Both the position numbers and the translations under genes were made by a program. Below are positions 1 through 56,724 of a stretch of 64,000 nt of DNA, one piece after another (the first letter of the stretch is position 1; every line of letters starts with the position of its first letter). The notes under the pieces are model-generated. The model saw nothing but the letters and a program-made list of their open reading frames with translations, had not been told where the DNA came from and did not search any database. Source of the DNA: Octopus sinensis (lineage: Eukaryota); assembly GCF_006345805.1 (NCBI RefSeq), contig NC_043022.1, forward strand, positions 15,562,001 to 15,626,000. Direction: 5' to 3'.

Positions 1-150
1 TTCATTTATACATATATATATATATGTATGTATGTATGTGTGTGTGTATGAATGTATGTATATACACACACATACAATTGTTGAACACCTGTCCCCCAAA
101 CACACATATAACAATACAAGTAACTTATAGGTTTATATGTTTACAGCCCA

Positions 151-164
151 GTAACCAAGGCGAC
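151..164. promoter_or_regulatory. RFX X-box-like motif (GTAACCAAGGCGAC)
   Basis: Near-palindromic GTNRCC-NN-GGYNAC match in unique sequence. Confidence 0.5.
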
Positions 165-399
165 AATAAATATCCTTGTTTGTTGATCGGCCAACAACAG
201 TTTCATTTCATGATAACAGCCCATTTGGATAACCACCACTGGACCCATGACGACAACAACAGCAACAACAACAACAACAACAGCAAAAGCTACGAGTACA
301 ACGGCGACCACCACTACTGCTGTTGCTGAAGTGTTTGAACTGTAGATAGGATATTTGAGCTGGGGTGGGGATAGATTAATCAGATATCTACCTTGGATA

Positions 400-413
400 G
401 TATCCATAGCAAC
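400..413. promoter_or_regulatory. RFX X-box (GTATCCATAGCAAC)
   Basis: Close match to the X-box consensus. Confidence 0.55.
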
Positions 414-694
414 AGCACACACAACAGAGAGAGAGAGAGAGAAAGAGTTCCGATATCTCTTTTGGCATGGAGAATTTTTTTTTATATTGTTTTATATTTA
501 TTATTAGGATCTGACTCATATGTCATTTATTTTGTTGTTTTTTTTGTGGCGGGGAGGTTTTATTTTATTTTTGAATTTGTTTTTGTTTTTTTTAGTCACT
601 TGATAATAAAATAACCTCCGTTGTTATGCAACTTTTCTTTGTAATGTCTCCTATTTGCTGCCCCTGTGGCGAATAAAAGATGCGATATTATTAC

Positions 695-1545
695 TGAGGT
701 TAGAGAGGAGAGTGCTGTCCGATAGCAAGTTTTCTGAAAGGTGGGTGAATTGTGCAAGAATGGCCAGTATAAATGGACCAATTCTCAGGTTTCGCCTATG
801 AATGAAAAAGGTTTCAAAAAAGGAGAAAAGGACTCTCTACCCCCCTTTTGACCAGGCTCCCGTTGGCTTTTATGGGTTTTTCCACCAGGAACCTTTCGAA
901 GCGCCTTCCCCTATTGGGAGATTTTCATTGTTATAATCTTTCGTTGTTAAACTGTTTTTACTCGGATTTTTCACAAATGGACAAAACCCTTTGTAACCTT
1001 TCGTCCTGTTTTGTCCCTTTATGTTTACTAATCATGTGTGTCAGCCCTTGTGGCCAATAAAAAGAATTAATTATTATTATTATTATTATTATTATTGGTC
1101 AAGGCCTCATCAACTTTTTCAAGTTTCACTTGAAAAGGAAGATGAGGTTAGAGAGGAGAGTGCTGTCTGATAGCAAGTTTTCTGAAAGGTGGGTGAATTG
1201 TGCAAGAATGGCCAGTACAAATGGACCAATTCTGAGGTTGTGCCTGTAATTAAAAAAGGTATTATAAAAGGAGAAAGGGGCTCTCTACCCCGCTTTTGAC
1301 CAGGCTCCAGTTGGCTTTTATGGGTTTTTCCACCAGGAACCTTTCGTAACGCCTCTCCTAATTGGGAGTTTTTCATTGTTTGTTATATTATTTGATTGTT
1401 ACACTGTTTTTACACGATTTTTTCACAAACGGACAAAACCCTTTGTAACCTTTCGCCCTGTTTTGTCCCTTTATGTTTTCCAATCATGTTTGTCGGCCCT
1501 TGTGGCCAATAAAAATAATTAATTAATTATTATTATTATTAGTAA
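695..1545 (+). mobile_element. Two head-to-tail 3' ends of a Tx1/L1-like LINE (695-1097, 1098-1545)
   Basis: ORF2 C-terminus GQGLINFFKFHLKRKMRLERRVLSDSKFSERWVNCARMASTNGPILRLCL*, 3' UTR, AATAAA and (TTA)n tails; a third tail-like segment at about 620-694. Confidence 0.65.
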
Positions 1546-1555
1546 TAGTAGTAGT

Positions 1556-1770
1556 TAAGGCAGTGAGCTGGCAGAATTGTTAGCGCACCGGATGAAATGC
1601 TTAACAGTATTTCTTCTGTTGCTACGTTCTGAGTTCAAATTCCATCAAGGTCAGCTTTGCCTTTCATCCTTTCGGGGTCAATAAAATAAGTACCAGTTGA
1701 ACACTGGGGTCGATGTAATCAACTCATCTCCTCCCCCAACACTGTAGCCCTTGTGGCAAAATTTGAAAAC
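1556..1770 (+). mobile_element. tRNA-derived SINE family B (B2 tail)
   Basis: Head ggcagtgagctggcagaa, B-box gagttcaaattc, core cctttcatcctttcggggtc.ataaaataagtaccag (resembles the Nin/Deu SINE domain). Confidence 0.8.
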
Positions 1771-2091
1771 ATCATCATCATCATTATTATTATTGTGTGA
1801 GAGAACCGCGCATCCCATCAAAGTGACCCTAAGGTACAAATATACAAAGCCCAGTGTACCCATCATGACTACCCGTCTGATAAGGGTACACCAGGCACAT
1901 GCATCACAACAATATACTCCCCATTAAATTTAGGACACCAAATAGTTTAGAGAAACCCCAAAATTTAAAAGGCCTTTGTAGATTCAGAGGGACTCAGATT
2001 TTAAAGTATGTTAAATGTAACAGAACCCTTTATATGTAAAAAGGGCTTAATAATTTTAAGAGAATTCTATTGGATTAAAAAGATTTAAACT

Positions 2092-2854
2092 GGGTGCCTA
2101 GGTGTGGCTGTGTGGTAAGAAGCTTCTTTCCCAACTACATGGTTCCGGGTTCAGTCCTACTGCATGGATCCCTGGGTAAGTCTCTTTTAATATAGCCTTG
2201 GGCCAACCAAAGCCATGTGAGTGGATTTGGTAGATGGAAACTGAAAGAAGCCCATTGTATATATTTATTTATGTGTTTGCGTCTTGACAACTGACGTTGG
2301 TGTCTTTATCTTCCCCTAGCCTAGTGGTTCAGCAAAAGAGACTGATAGAATAAGTACTAGGCTTACAAAGAATAAGTCCTGGGGTCAATTTCTTCGACTA
2401 AAACCCTTTAAGGTAGTACTCCAGCATGGCTGTTGTCAAATGACTGGAATGTGTGAAAGAATCTCTTTTACTTGTTTCAGTCATTTGACTGTGGCCATGC
2501 TGGAGCACCGCCTTTAGTCGAGCAACTCGACCCCGGGACTTATTCTTTGGGAGCCTAGTACTTATTCTATCGCTCTCTTTTGCCGAACCGCTAAGTTATG
2601 GGGACGTAAACACACCACCATCGGTTGTCAAGCGATGTTGGGGGGGGGGGTCAAACAGACACGCAAACATATACACACATATATATATATACAACAGGCT
2701 TCTTTCAGTTTCCATCTACCAAATCCACTCACAAGGCTTTAGTCGGCCCGAGGCTATAGTAGAAGACACTTGCCCAAGGTGCCACGCAGTGGGACTGAAC
2801 CCAGAACCATGTGGTTGGTAAACAAGCTACCTACCACACAGCCACTCCTGCGCC
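2092..2854. mobile_element. Tail-to-tail inverted pair of SINE family A copies (2092-2460 +, 2462-2854 -)
   Basis: tRNA head (tggctgtgtggt / ggttcagtccc), CORE-like ccttgggcaagt, tail gactgaaacaagtaaaagag, present in both orientations. Confidence 0.85.
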
Positions 2855-2964
2855 TTTTTATTTATATATTCCCATGTTTGTGTTTTCTACTATTATTTTC
2901 AGTTCTCTATCTTTTTCTTTTATTCTTCTTCTTCTTCTTATTCAGTAGTCTTATATTTATCACA

Positions 2965-4075
2965 TGCTTTCCCTGAACTACCAATCACAGCTCTGTGTGC
3001 CTTGGGTATGTCCTGTGTTTTGTTGTGGTGCTCTCGTTTTCACAGTATTGAAAGTGTTTTTACATAGGATGTGCGCATTATTATCATTATTATTGTTATT
3101 ATCATTCAGTAGACTTATTTTTAGCACATGCTTTCATTGCACTACTAAATGTAGCTCTGCATTCCTTGGGTATAATAATAATAATAATAATAATAATTGT
3201 GTACAGTGCTCAGGTGCACTACAACTCATCTAAAGTGTATATATAATCAGGTGAAGTTTCGGCGGATTTCGGAAAGCATGAGGGCCTTAAAAGATGCAGT
3301 GTCATGGCAGTCAACAACTGACGCAGGCAGTTTATTCCATGCTTCAGCAACTCTGAGCGTGAAAAAATGTTTCCGAAAGTCATGGGAGCTGTGTTGTTTT
3401 CTGACTTTGTAGGCATGTCCACGTGTGTTAGACACATGGAGATCAAAAAGGTGTTCAGTGTTGTTGTTGCTGAGGTGGTTGATAACTTTGTGAGTGTTTA
3501 CCAAGTCCGTCGCCAGACGCCGGAGCTTCAGTGAATCCATGCCCAGGGAAACAAGGCGCTCAGAATATGGTAGGTGTCTGATGGAGGGTATGCGTTTGGT
3601 TGCACGTCTCTGGACAGATTCCAGGAGGTCAATGTTCTGAGCAAGATAGGGGTTCCAAACTGATGATGCGAATTCCAAGTGTGGTCGTACCATAGCTGTA
3701 TACAGTTTTAAATAGATGGCTGGAGAGCGGCTAACTAAAGTCTTGCTGAGTGATGCCAAGACACCCTCGGCCTTCTTGACAATTTTAGAGATATGCTTTG
3801 TCCAACGCATGTGCTGTGCTTTGTTGTGGTGCTCTGATTTTCACAGTATTGAAAGTGTTTTTATGTAGGATGTGTGTGCAGTGCCCAGTAGTGCTATTTT
3901 CTCTATGTTATATATTCTTGTTAGTCCTGGTGTGTTTGCTATGTATTTCTCTGAATGTTTTCTCATCGTGCCTAATGCACCTTTACTATGATAGGAATTG
4001 TTTCTGTTTTTAGGCTTCGCATTCGAGTTGCCTATATTTCCAGGTCTTTGTATTTTGAAAGTTTCTCTGTTTCTT
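2965..4075 (-). mobile_element. R4/Dong-like LINE 3' ends (4075-3809 plus 3175-3080, and a second copy 3077-2965)
   Basis: GALG...KYIANTPGLT.IYNIEKIALLGTAH..KTLSI endonuclease C-terminus and (TAA)-type tail; the first copy is split by a CR1. Confidence 0.6.
3176..3808 (-). mobile_element. 5'-truncated CR1-like LINE (RT C-terminus plus 3' UTR)
   Basis: ORF 3247-3810: VRPHLEFASSVWNP, LESVQRRATK, RRL..DL, TRGH, FFTLRVAEAWNKLP. Confidence 0.9.
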
Positions 4076-4974
4076 TTATAAAAAAAAACACATAATCCAA
4101 CACTGAACCCCACTCACACACAGACGCACACAAATATACACAGACGCACACAAATACACTGTGCCAACTCAGATACAATTATGCACGCAATAACATACGC
4201 ACAAATGGGTTACATTAAACATGTTTATGTCACCCTGAACTGAACCCTCCTCCTGGACATACACACACGCACACTCATACACATGCATACACACACTCAT
4301 ACACATATACACTCACACACACACAGTTACACTTGTACATACACACACACTCATACACATGCATATACACACAAATAAACTTATACACACACAAATACAA
4401 ATACACTCACACACACATATAAACATGCATACGCATTCACACATACATATCCATACACACGCATACATTCATACACACTTACACACCCACTGACACATGT
4501 ACGTACACAAACTCACACACACACACGCACACTCACACACATGCATACGCACACATTCAGATATACACACACACACACAACACACACACACACACACACA
4601 AATATTTACTTATTTATGTTTTTTACAATTGTTGTTGTTGTTGTCTCAACAGTCAATTGTTTTCACTTTTATATTTTTTTTATTTCACTTTAATTTTTCT
4701 TTGTTTTGTTTTTCTACTTTACAATTTTTTTGGCTTTTATTTTTTTTCATTTAACAATTTTGTCTCTCTCTCTCTCTCTCACTTTCTCTCTCTCCTTGTT
4801 TCTTTCTCTTTCTCCTTCTCCACCCCCTCTCTCTCTATCTCTATCTCTGTCTCTAAAATCTTCAGTGACACAAAGGTAAACTTTAAATTGATCCAAGGCC
4901 AAAGGACACCATCAGAAAAGGGAGATGCCTTCCTCATTCTGCGGAAACGGAAAGAAAAACAAAAACATATATAA

Positions 4975-5980
4975 ATATTATTAGTTAGTTAATTTTTTGG
5001 TTCAAAAAGCAAAAAGCAAGGCCATGTAGGGGGACGTGGAGTTATGTACAGGGTGGTGTTCATGTAAAGAGTTCAGGCCACTTGTGGTCAAGGGAGACTT
5101 TGAACCGAGCGGTCGTCGGCATCTTCAAAAAGCAAGGCCATGTAGGGGGACGTGGAGTTATGTACAGGGTGGTGTTCATGTAAAGAGTTCAGGCCACTTG
5201 TGGTCAAGGGAGACTTTGAACCGAGCGGTCATCGGCATCTTCAAAAAGCAAGGCCATGTAGGGGGACGTGGAGTTATGTACAGGGTGGTGTTCATGTAAA
5301 GAGTTCAGGCCACTTGAGGTCAAGGGAGACTTTGAACCGAGCGGTCGTCGGCATCTTCAAAAAGCAAGGCCATGTAGGGGGACGTGGAGTTATGTACAGG
5401 ATGGTGTTCATGTAAAGAGTTCAGGCCACTTGAGGTCAAGGGAGACTTTGAACCGAGCGGTCGTCGGCATCTTCAAAAAGCAAGGCCATGTAGGGGGACG
5501 TGGAGTTATGTACAGGGTGGTGTTCATGTAAAGAGTTCAGGCCACTTGTGGTCAAGGGAGACTTTGAACCGAGCGGTCATCGGCATCTTCAAAAAGCAAG
5601 GCCATGTAGGGGGACGTGGAGTTATGTACAGGATGGTGTTCATGTAAAGAGTTCAGGCCACTTGAGGTCAAGGGAGACTTTGAACCGAGCGGTCGTCGGC
5701 ATCTTCAAAAAGCAAGGCAATGTAGGGGGACGTGGAGTTATGTACAGGGTGGTGTTCATGTAAAGAGTTCAGGCCACTTGTGGTCAAGGGAGACTTTGAA
5801 CCGAGCGGTCGTCGGCATCTTCAAAAAGCAAGGCAATGTAGGGGGACGTGGAGTTATGTACAGGGTGGTGTTCATGTAAAGAGTTCAGGCCATTTGTGGT
5901 CAAGGGAGACTTTGAACCGAGCGGTCATCGGCATCTTTACTATCTTGTCCGGCAGCTTATTCCACGGATCCGCAACCCGG
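4975..5980 (-). repeat. 8 x 116-bp tandem array made from a CR1 3' end
   Basis: Units start at 5010, 5126, 5242, 5358, 5474, 5590, 5706, 5822; the unique continuation reads RVADPWNKLPDKIVKMPMTARFKVSLDHKWPELFT*; (AACT)n tail at about 4980. Confidence 0.9.
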
Positions 5981-6705
5981 ATTATTATACAATCACCATC
6001 CTCGTCATCGTCATCACCATCATTTAATGCCTATTGTCCATGCTGGCATGGGTTGGTCGGTTTGACTGAGGACTGGCATATTGGAAAGGCTGCACCAGAC
6101 TCCAGCCTTCCAGCATGCCAGCCCAGTCGAACTGTCCAACCTATACCTGCATGGAATAAAATTTTGGCAGAGGACCAGCAGTTTATGAGGGGAGGGGAAG
6201 AGGACAGAAGCAGAAGGAGTTTTTAATAAGCCTGCTGGCCATTTGAGACACCAGTGCCTGAAAGGACACAAAAATTCTGTATACCATTGACAGCAAAATT
6301 CTGTCAATATGCCACTGTAGGACATCTGCTACTGAAGAGATAGGGAAGGTGGAAATTACGTGATCTGGCAGTTCCAGCACCCAGAGCAGAAGGTTCTCAA
6401 CTGCCAATCGTATAAATATGAGTGCTTCTATACACCTTGTGTCAATATGAGAAATCCTCTCAAGATAAATAATGCAGTATCTGGTGTTCTAACACAACTT
6501 CCAATTTCTTTATTAGCCACAAGGGCCCAAACATAGAGGGGGACAATACAGCCTGATTGGGGTCAGACACACAATGATTATATGACTTTTAAAATTTTAC
6601 AAAATATAATGAAATCGAATGAAATCGAATGAGATACAAGGACGAAATACAAACATGAGATGAAGCAGAGTTGGATATAAAGATTACCTAAAAGATATAT
6701 CTATG

Positions 6706-6766
<61 letters not shown>

Positions 6767-6779
6767 CTGTTTTAAAGCA

Positions 6780-7216
6780 TGGCAATTTAGAATAAATAAT
6801 TTTTAGCAAAATGTACATGAAATACGAAATGGAATATTTTAAAAAAATTATCATGACTACTTAAAATAAAATATTTTTAAAAAACATTAGAAATAAAACA
6901 TTTTAAAACAAATGTTTAAAATAAAATAATTCTAAAAACAAAAACCCAGGAAAATATGCAGTTAAATAATCTTTAAAAAATATCTGAAATTTAGAAATAA
7001 AATAATTTTAAAAATTTATAATAAATTAATAAAATGCTTTTACAAAAGTCCACAAAAAATAATTTTTTTATAAACCAAGACAAGTATAATAAAGTAATTA
7101 AAAAAAGTGAAAATTAATGATAAAACAAAAAAAAAATGAAATTTTGCCCCCCCCCCCAATTACTCTCTAATTGCGATAAAAAATAAAATAAAATAAAAGA
7201 GGGAGAAGAATGTCCA
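6780..7216 (-). other. Probable CFAP100 3' UTR, very U-rich
   Basis: AT-rich non-repetitive sequence directly after the stop codon; cleavage site not identified. Confidence 0.4.
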
Positions 7217-52788
<45,572 letters not shown>

Positions 52789-52804
52789 CCTCACAGGTCA
52801 GACT

Positions 52805-52818
52805 CTCTCCGTGGCAAC
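52805..52818. promoter_or_regulatory. RFX X-box-like motif (CTCTCCGTGGCAAC)
   Basis: GGCAAC half-site of the GTTGCCATGGCAAC-type palindrome, 17 nt upstream of the CFAP100 ATG. Confidence 0.6.
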
Positions 52819-52891
52819 GTCTCCAACGATGATGATTGTTGTTGTTGTTGTTGTTATTTATTATCTTTGCAAACCCATTCAAACTACATTT

Positions 52892-52905
52892 GCTGTCATA
52901 GCAAC
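52892..52905. promoter_or_regulatory. RFX X-box-like motif (GCTGTCATAGCAAC)
   Basis: ATAGCAAC half-site, 104 nt upstream of the CFAP100 ATG. Confidence 0.6.
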
Positions 52906-53067
52906 AGAAGCATCGACAGCGCCGCCGGTGAATTAATTATCTAAGGGGAGATAACTCTCTATGACTCTCTCTTTCCACACGCATACACACACACACACAT
53001 ACACACACACGTACATATATATACACACACACACACACATACGCGCGCGCACACGCACTCATACATT

Positions 53068-53482
53068 ATTTCTTTACTACCCACAAGGGGCTAAACACAG
53101 AGGAGACAAACAAGGACAGACAAAGGGGTTTAAGTCGATGATATCGACCCCAGTGCGTAACTGGTACTTATTTAATCCACCCCGAAAGGATGAAAGGCAA
53201 AATCGACCTCGGCGGAATTTGAACTCAGGACGTAACGGCTGACGAAATACCTATTTCTTTATTACCCACAAGGGGCTAAACATAGAGGGGACAAACAAGG
53301 ACAGACAAAGGTATTAAGTCGATTACATCGACCCCAGTGCGTAACTGGTACTTAATTTATCGACCCCGAAAGGATGAAAGGCGAAGTCGACCTCGGCGGA
53401 ATTTGAACTCAGAACGTAACGGCAGCCGAAATACCGCTAAGCATTTCGCCCGACGCGCTAACGGTTCTGCCAACTCGCCGCC
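53068..53482 (-). mobile_element. Dimeric SINE B1
   Basis: Head-body-tail-ggtat-body-tail; same layout on + at 62338-62748. Confidence 0.85.
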
Positions 53483-53788
53483 TTTGACTCGTATAGAAAA
53501 TGTGACTTCATCATGATGTCTGGGGAAAAAATTATAATTTTAAATTATTGTAATTCAAATATGTCAATGAAAATAAAGTTTAGTTAGTAGTGGAAATAGT
53601 ACTGAATCTTTTGACACCCCACACGTGAAAATCAACAACTCGGTTTTGGAATGCATTAGGAACATACTTCCAAAACGGGACTTCATCTATGTTTATTTAC
53701 GGGACCCTATGTGCAAATGTGTGTGGTTGTGTGTGTGTGTGTGAACCATCAGCAACAATCATCATCATCATCGTCGTCGTCGTCGTCG

Positions 53789-53820
<32 letters not shown>

Positions 53821-53824
53821 GTCG

Positions 53825-53856
<32 letters not shown>

Positions 53857-53857
53857 G

Positions 53858-53895
<38 letters not shown>

Positions 53896-54289
53896 TCATC
53901 ATCATCATCATCATCATCATCATCCCATATCATTATCATCATCTTCACAACAAGAAGCAACTGTTGCTATGCTTCTGAAATTGTTTTGGTGTGTGTATGT
54001 GTGTGTGTGTGTGTGGGTCCTTTTGCAAGATATATATATATTTTGGCGGTAAGGACCGAACCCATTGCTTCATTATCACAATTAAATATAGAATTCGAAG
54101 CATTAACATCGCACAAGTTCGTACATTATTTCCGTAAACTCTAATTGAAATCAAGAAGCTACCACAACCATCCCATCAGCAACAATCATCATCTTCTTCT
54201 TGACAATATTTGTACCCTTAAAAAGGAGCTGTTGCTATTTTTCCGAATTTATTTTACATTGTGTACACCCAGATTGGAACTTTTACTGT

Positions 54290-54960
54290 ACCTTGCACCA
54301 GAGAACATTATAGATTATCTGAAGACAAAACATATTGCCAACGAAAAAACGTGTGCTTGCAAACATTCGATGAATTTCCAAAATTCTAGTCGTTCTATTG
54401 ACGGGTTTGTCAACAGAAAGTGCGCTAAATGTAAAGAAAAAAACCTCTTTCCATCAGGAAAGGGGCATTTACAGAAAACTATAAGCTGCCGTTATATGTA
54501 ATTTTTCATTTAGTGTTCGATTTTATTTTCGAATTGTCTGTGACGATATCTGCAAGAATGAACTGCATTGATATAAAAAAAAAACTGCCGTTCAGTGGTG
54601 CCAGTTCTGTAGAGATGTTTGTCCGGCAAAACTGCTGCAGGACAAAACTCCTATTGGTGGTCCGGATCGTATAGTGGAGATTGATGAAAGCTTGTTCTTC
54701 AATAGCAAGAACAATGTTGGAAGAATGTGTCGCAAAACTTGGGTTGTCGGATGTTATGACACCTCAACCAGAAAAGGGTTTCTTCAACGTGTACCCCATA
54801 GAAGAACAGAGACGTTGGAGAATGTTACCAAACAAAACTTTCTTCCAGGAACTTCTGGCAATTTGGCAAGCTATTGTAATCTCCATATACTCGGTTACAT
54901 TCACCCCCATACGGTCAATCATTCCCCAAATTTCATAGATCGGTCACCGGGGCATGTATA
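54290..54960 (+). pseudogene. Merlin (IS1595/ISXO2-like DDE) transposase remnant
   Basis: Across frameshifts: CACKHSM...DGF..RKCAKCKEK, IRKGAF, TAVQWCQFCRDVC, IGGPDRIVEIDESLF, GR...KTWVVG.YD..TRKGFLQRVP.R..ETL, GYIH..TVNHS.NFID. Confidence 0.85.
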
Positions 54961-55296
54961 AATCGGAGGAGGTAAAGATCAGGGATCGCACCCTCTTTGG
55001 GATATTTTTTTGTTTTGTTTTATCTTTACATGAACACCCTATATCGACGGCGGAGATTCCGAAACTGCAACAATTCCTGCATTTCAAGATTTATATTGCA
55101 CAGGCCAAATATATATATATATATATAATATTAATTAGAGACAAAACCACTATTATGCAAATCAAATAAAGAAAGACTTAATCCAATACATAAAAATTTT
55201 TATATAAATTAAATATAATTTATATTATATTTTACTATAAAATTGGATTCAATCCTAAATCTGATTTTTCCCTGTAAATTTGGATTTATTCCCTAA

Positions 55297-55336
<40 letters not shown>

Positions 55337-55759
55337 AATGACAAAACACACCTTTACTCCCTCCCTCCCTCTCCTTCTCTCTCTCCACACGAAATCGAAG
55401 AGTAATTTGTTCCCCGCGAAAAATTTCGGCGCGAAAAATTGCTAAAGGAAAGTGGGAACACTAGATGACATCTCAAAACTTTTTTGCAACTTAGGGCTTC
55501 TACATCCTGGGATCGATATATCCAGTAATTTTAGTAGGTATGTAAAAGATATTGTTCACCAATACTAACATGGTTTATTTTGCCCAGACATCGTTATCAC
55601 TAATTTTAATAACCTCAGCATCCGTTTATTATTCTTTTCAAACTTCTTTGATTCTTCGATCTAATGTCATCCAATATATACTCTCAAGCCTTCAAGCAGG
55701 CTATCCACATGCTAGAAATAACAGTCAATTTTCACAAAACTGCGAGAACATAATGAAAT

Positions 55760-56685
55760 TTTGAAAATGCGATTTTTGAAATTTTTTATTTTCAGAATCA
55801 GATCCTCCTTAACGAAAAACGTGGAATTCCGTAAAAAAAAAAAAAAATCAGTATATATCCATTTTACTCAAATTTCTGACGGAAAAATCGGATCTTGTGA
55901 ATTTTCCGAAAGTCCCCTCCCCACCCCCAGGGTCATCAGCGCGCATTTTTGTTTTCCATATTCGTTTTGCACACACTTGTTAACACCTACCCAGGCTGGT
56001 TAAATTTTTTTTTTCCCGGGTATGGATCTTTATATTGACCAAATTTCTTTATAATCTTAATGTATACCGTTTGAAAAATATTTCTATAAAATTTCATTGA
56101 AAAAAACCCCCCAAAAACCCCCATTTTCCTAAAAGCTCGGATCTTGTGAATTTTCCGAAGTCCTCTCCTCACCCTTTTGGAAAAGATTTCCCCCATAAAT
56201 TTCTTTATAAATTTCCCCCATAAATTTCTTTTGCTATTTGAAAGGTATTTCCATAAAATTTCCTTGCAAAATAAATCATTTTTCCTAAAATTTACGAGGG
56301 AAAAGCTGGGATCTTGTGAATTTTCCGAAGTCCTTTCCCCACCCTTTTGGAAAAGATTTTTCCCAGAAATTTCTTTTTATAAAATCCGTTGGAAAACCGA
56401 TTATAGCAGCGACTCAATCAATTCCTAGCAATATCTGAAGAAGGAATTTTTATATTCCGAAATATCTTATCAGACTTTGGATGATTAAATTTACAACAGT
56501 TCTTATAGTCCACTGTTTGTATTACAGTGCATTGTTGTGTCATTCAAAGCATTTTATTCTTTACAAACAATATACAATGCTTCAAGCGAACTACAATACT
56601 TTTTTATTCTTTATAATTGTAATGTTTGCGGTTTGAAAGGTGTTTCTATAAAATTTCTTTGAAAAAAACCCCCGGATTTTGTGAA
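55760..56685. repeat. Imperfect internal repeats, motif ggatcttgtgaattttccgaa at 55890, 56139, 56309 (variant at 56674)
   Basis: Directly visible; probably a non-autonomous DNA element. Confidence 0.55.
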
Positions 56686-56690
56686 TGATG

Positions 56691-56691
<1 letters not shown>

Positions 56692-56724
<33 letters not shown>

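Noticed and set aside
3008-3880. Apparent 70-bp TSD around the CR1 at 3176-3808
   Set aside because: The R4-like 3' UTR resumes right after the CR1 tail (3175-3080), so the duplication comes from two tandem R4-like copies.
5010-5937. CRISPR-like or other prokaryotic repeat system in the 116-bp, 210-bp or family D arrays
   Set aside because: Units are contiguous with no unique spacers of constant length, there are no cas genes, and the context is eukaryotic and intron-rich.
5036-6226. Repeated 87-aa ORFs (MELCTGWCSCKEF...)
   Set aside because: Antisense readings of the 116-bp CR1-end array; not a gene family.
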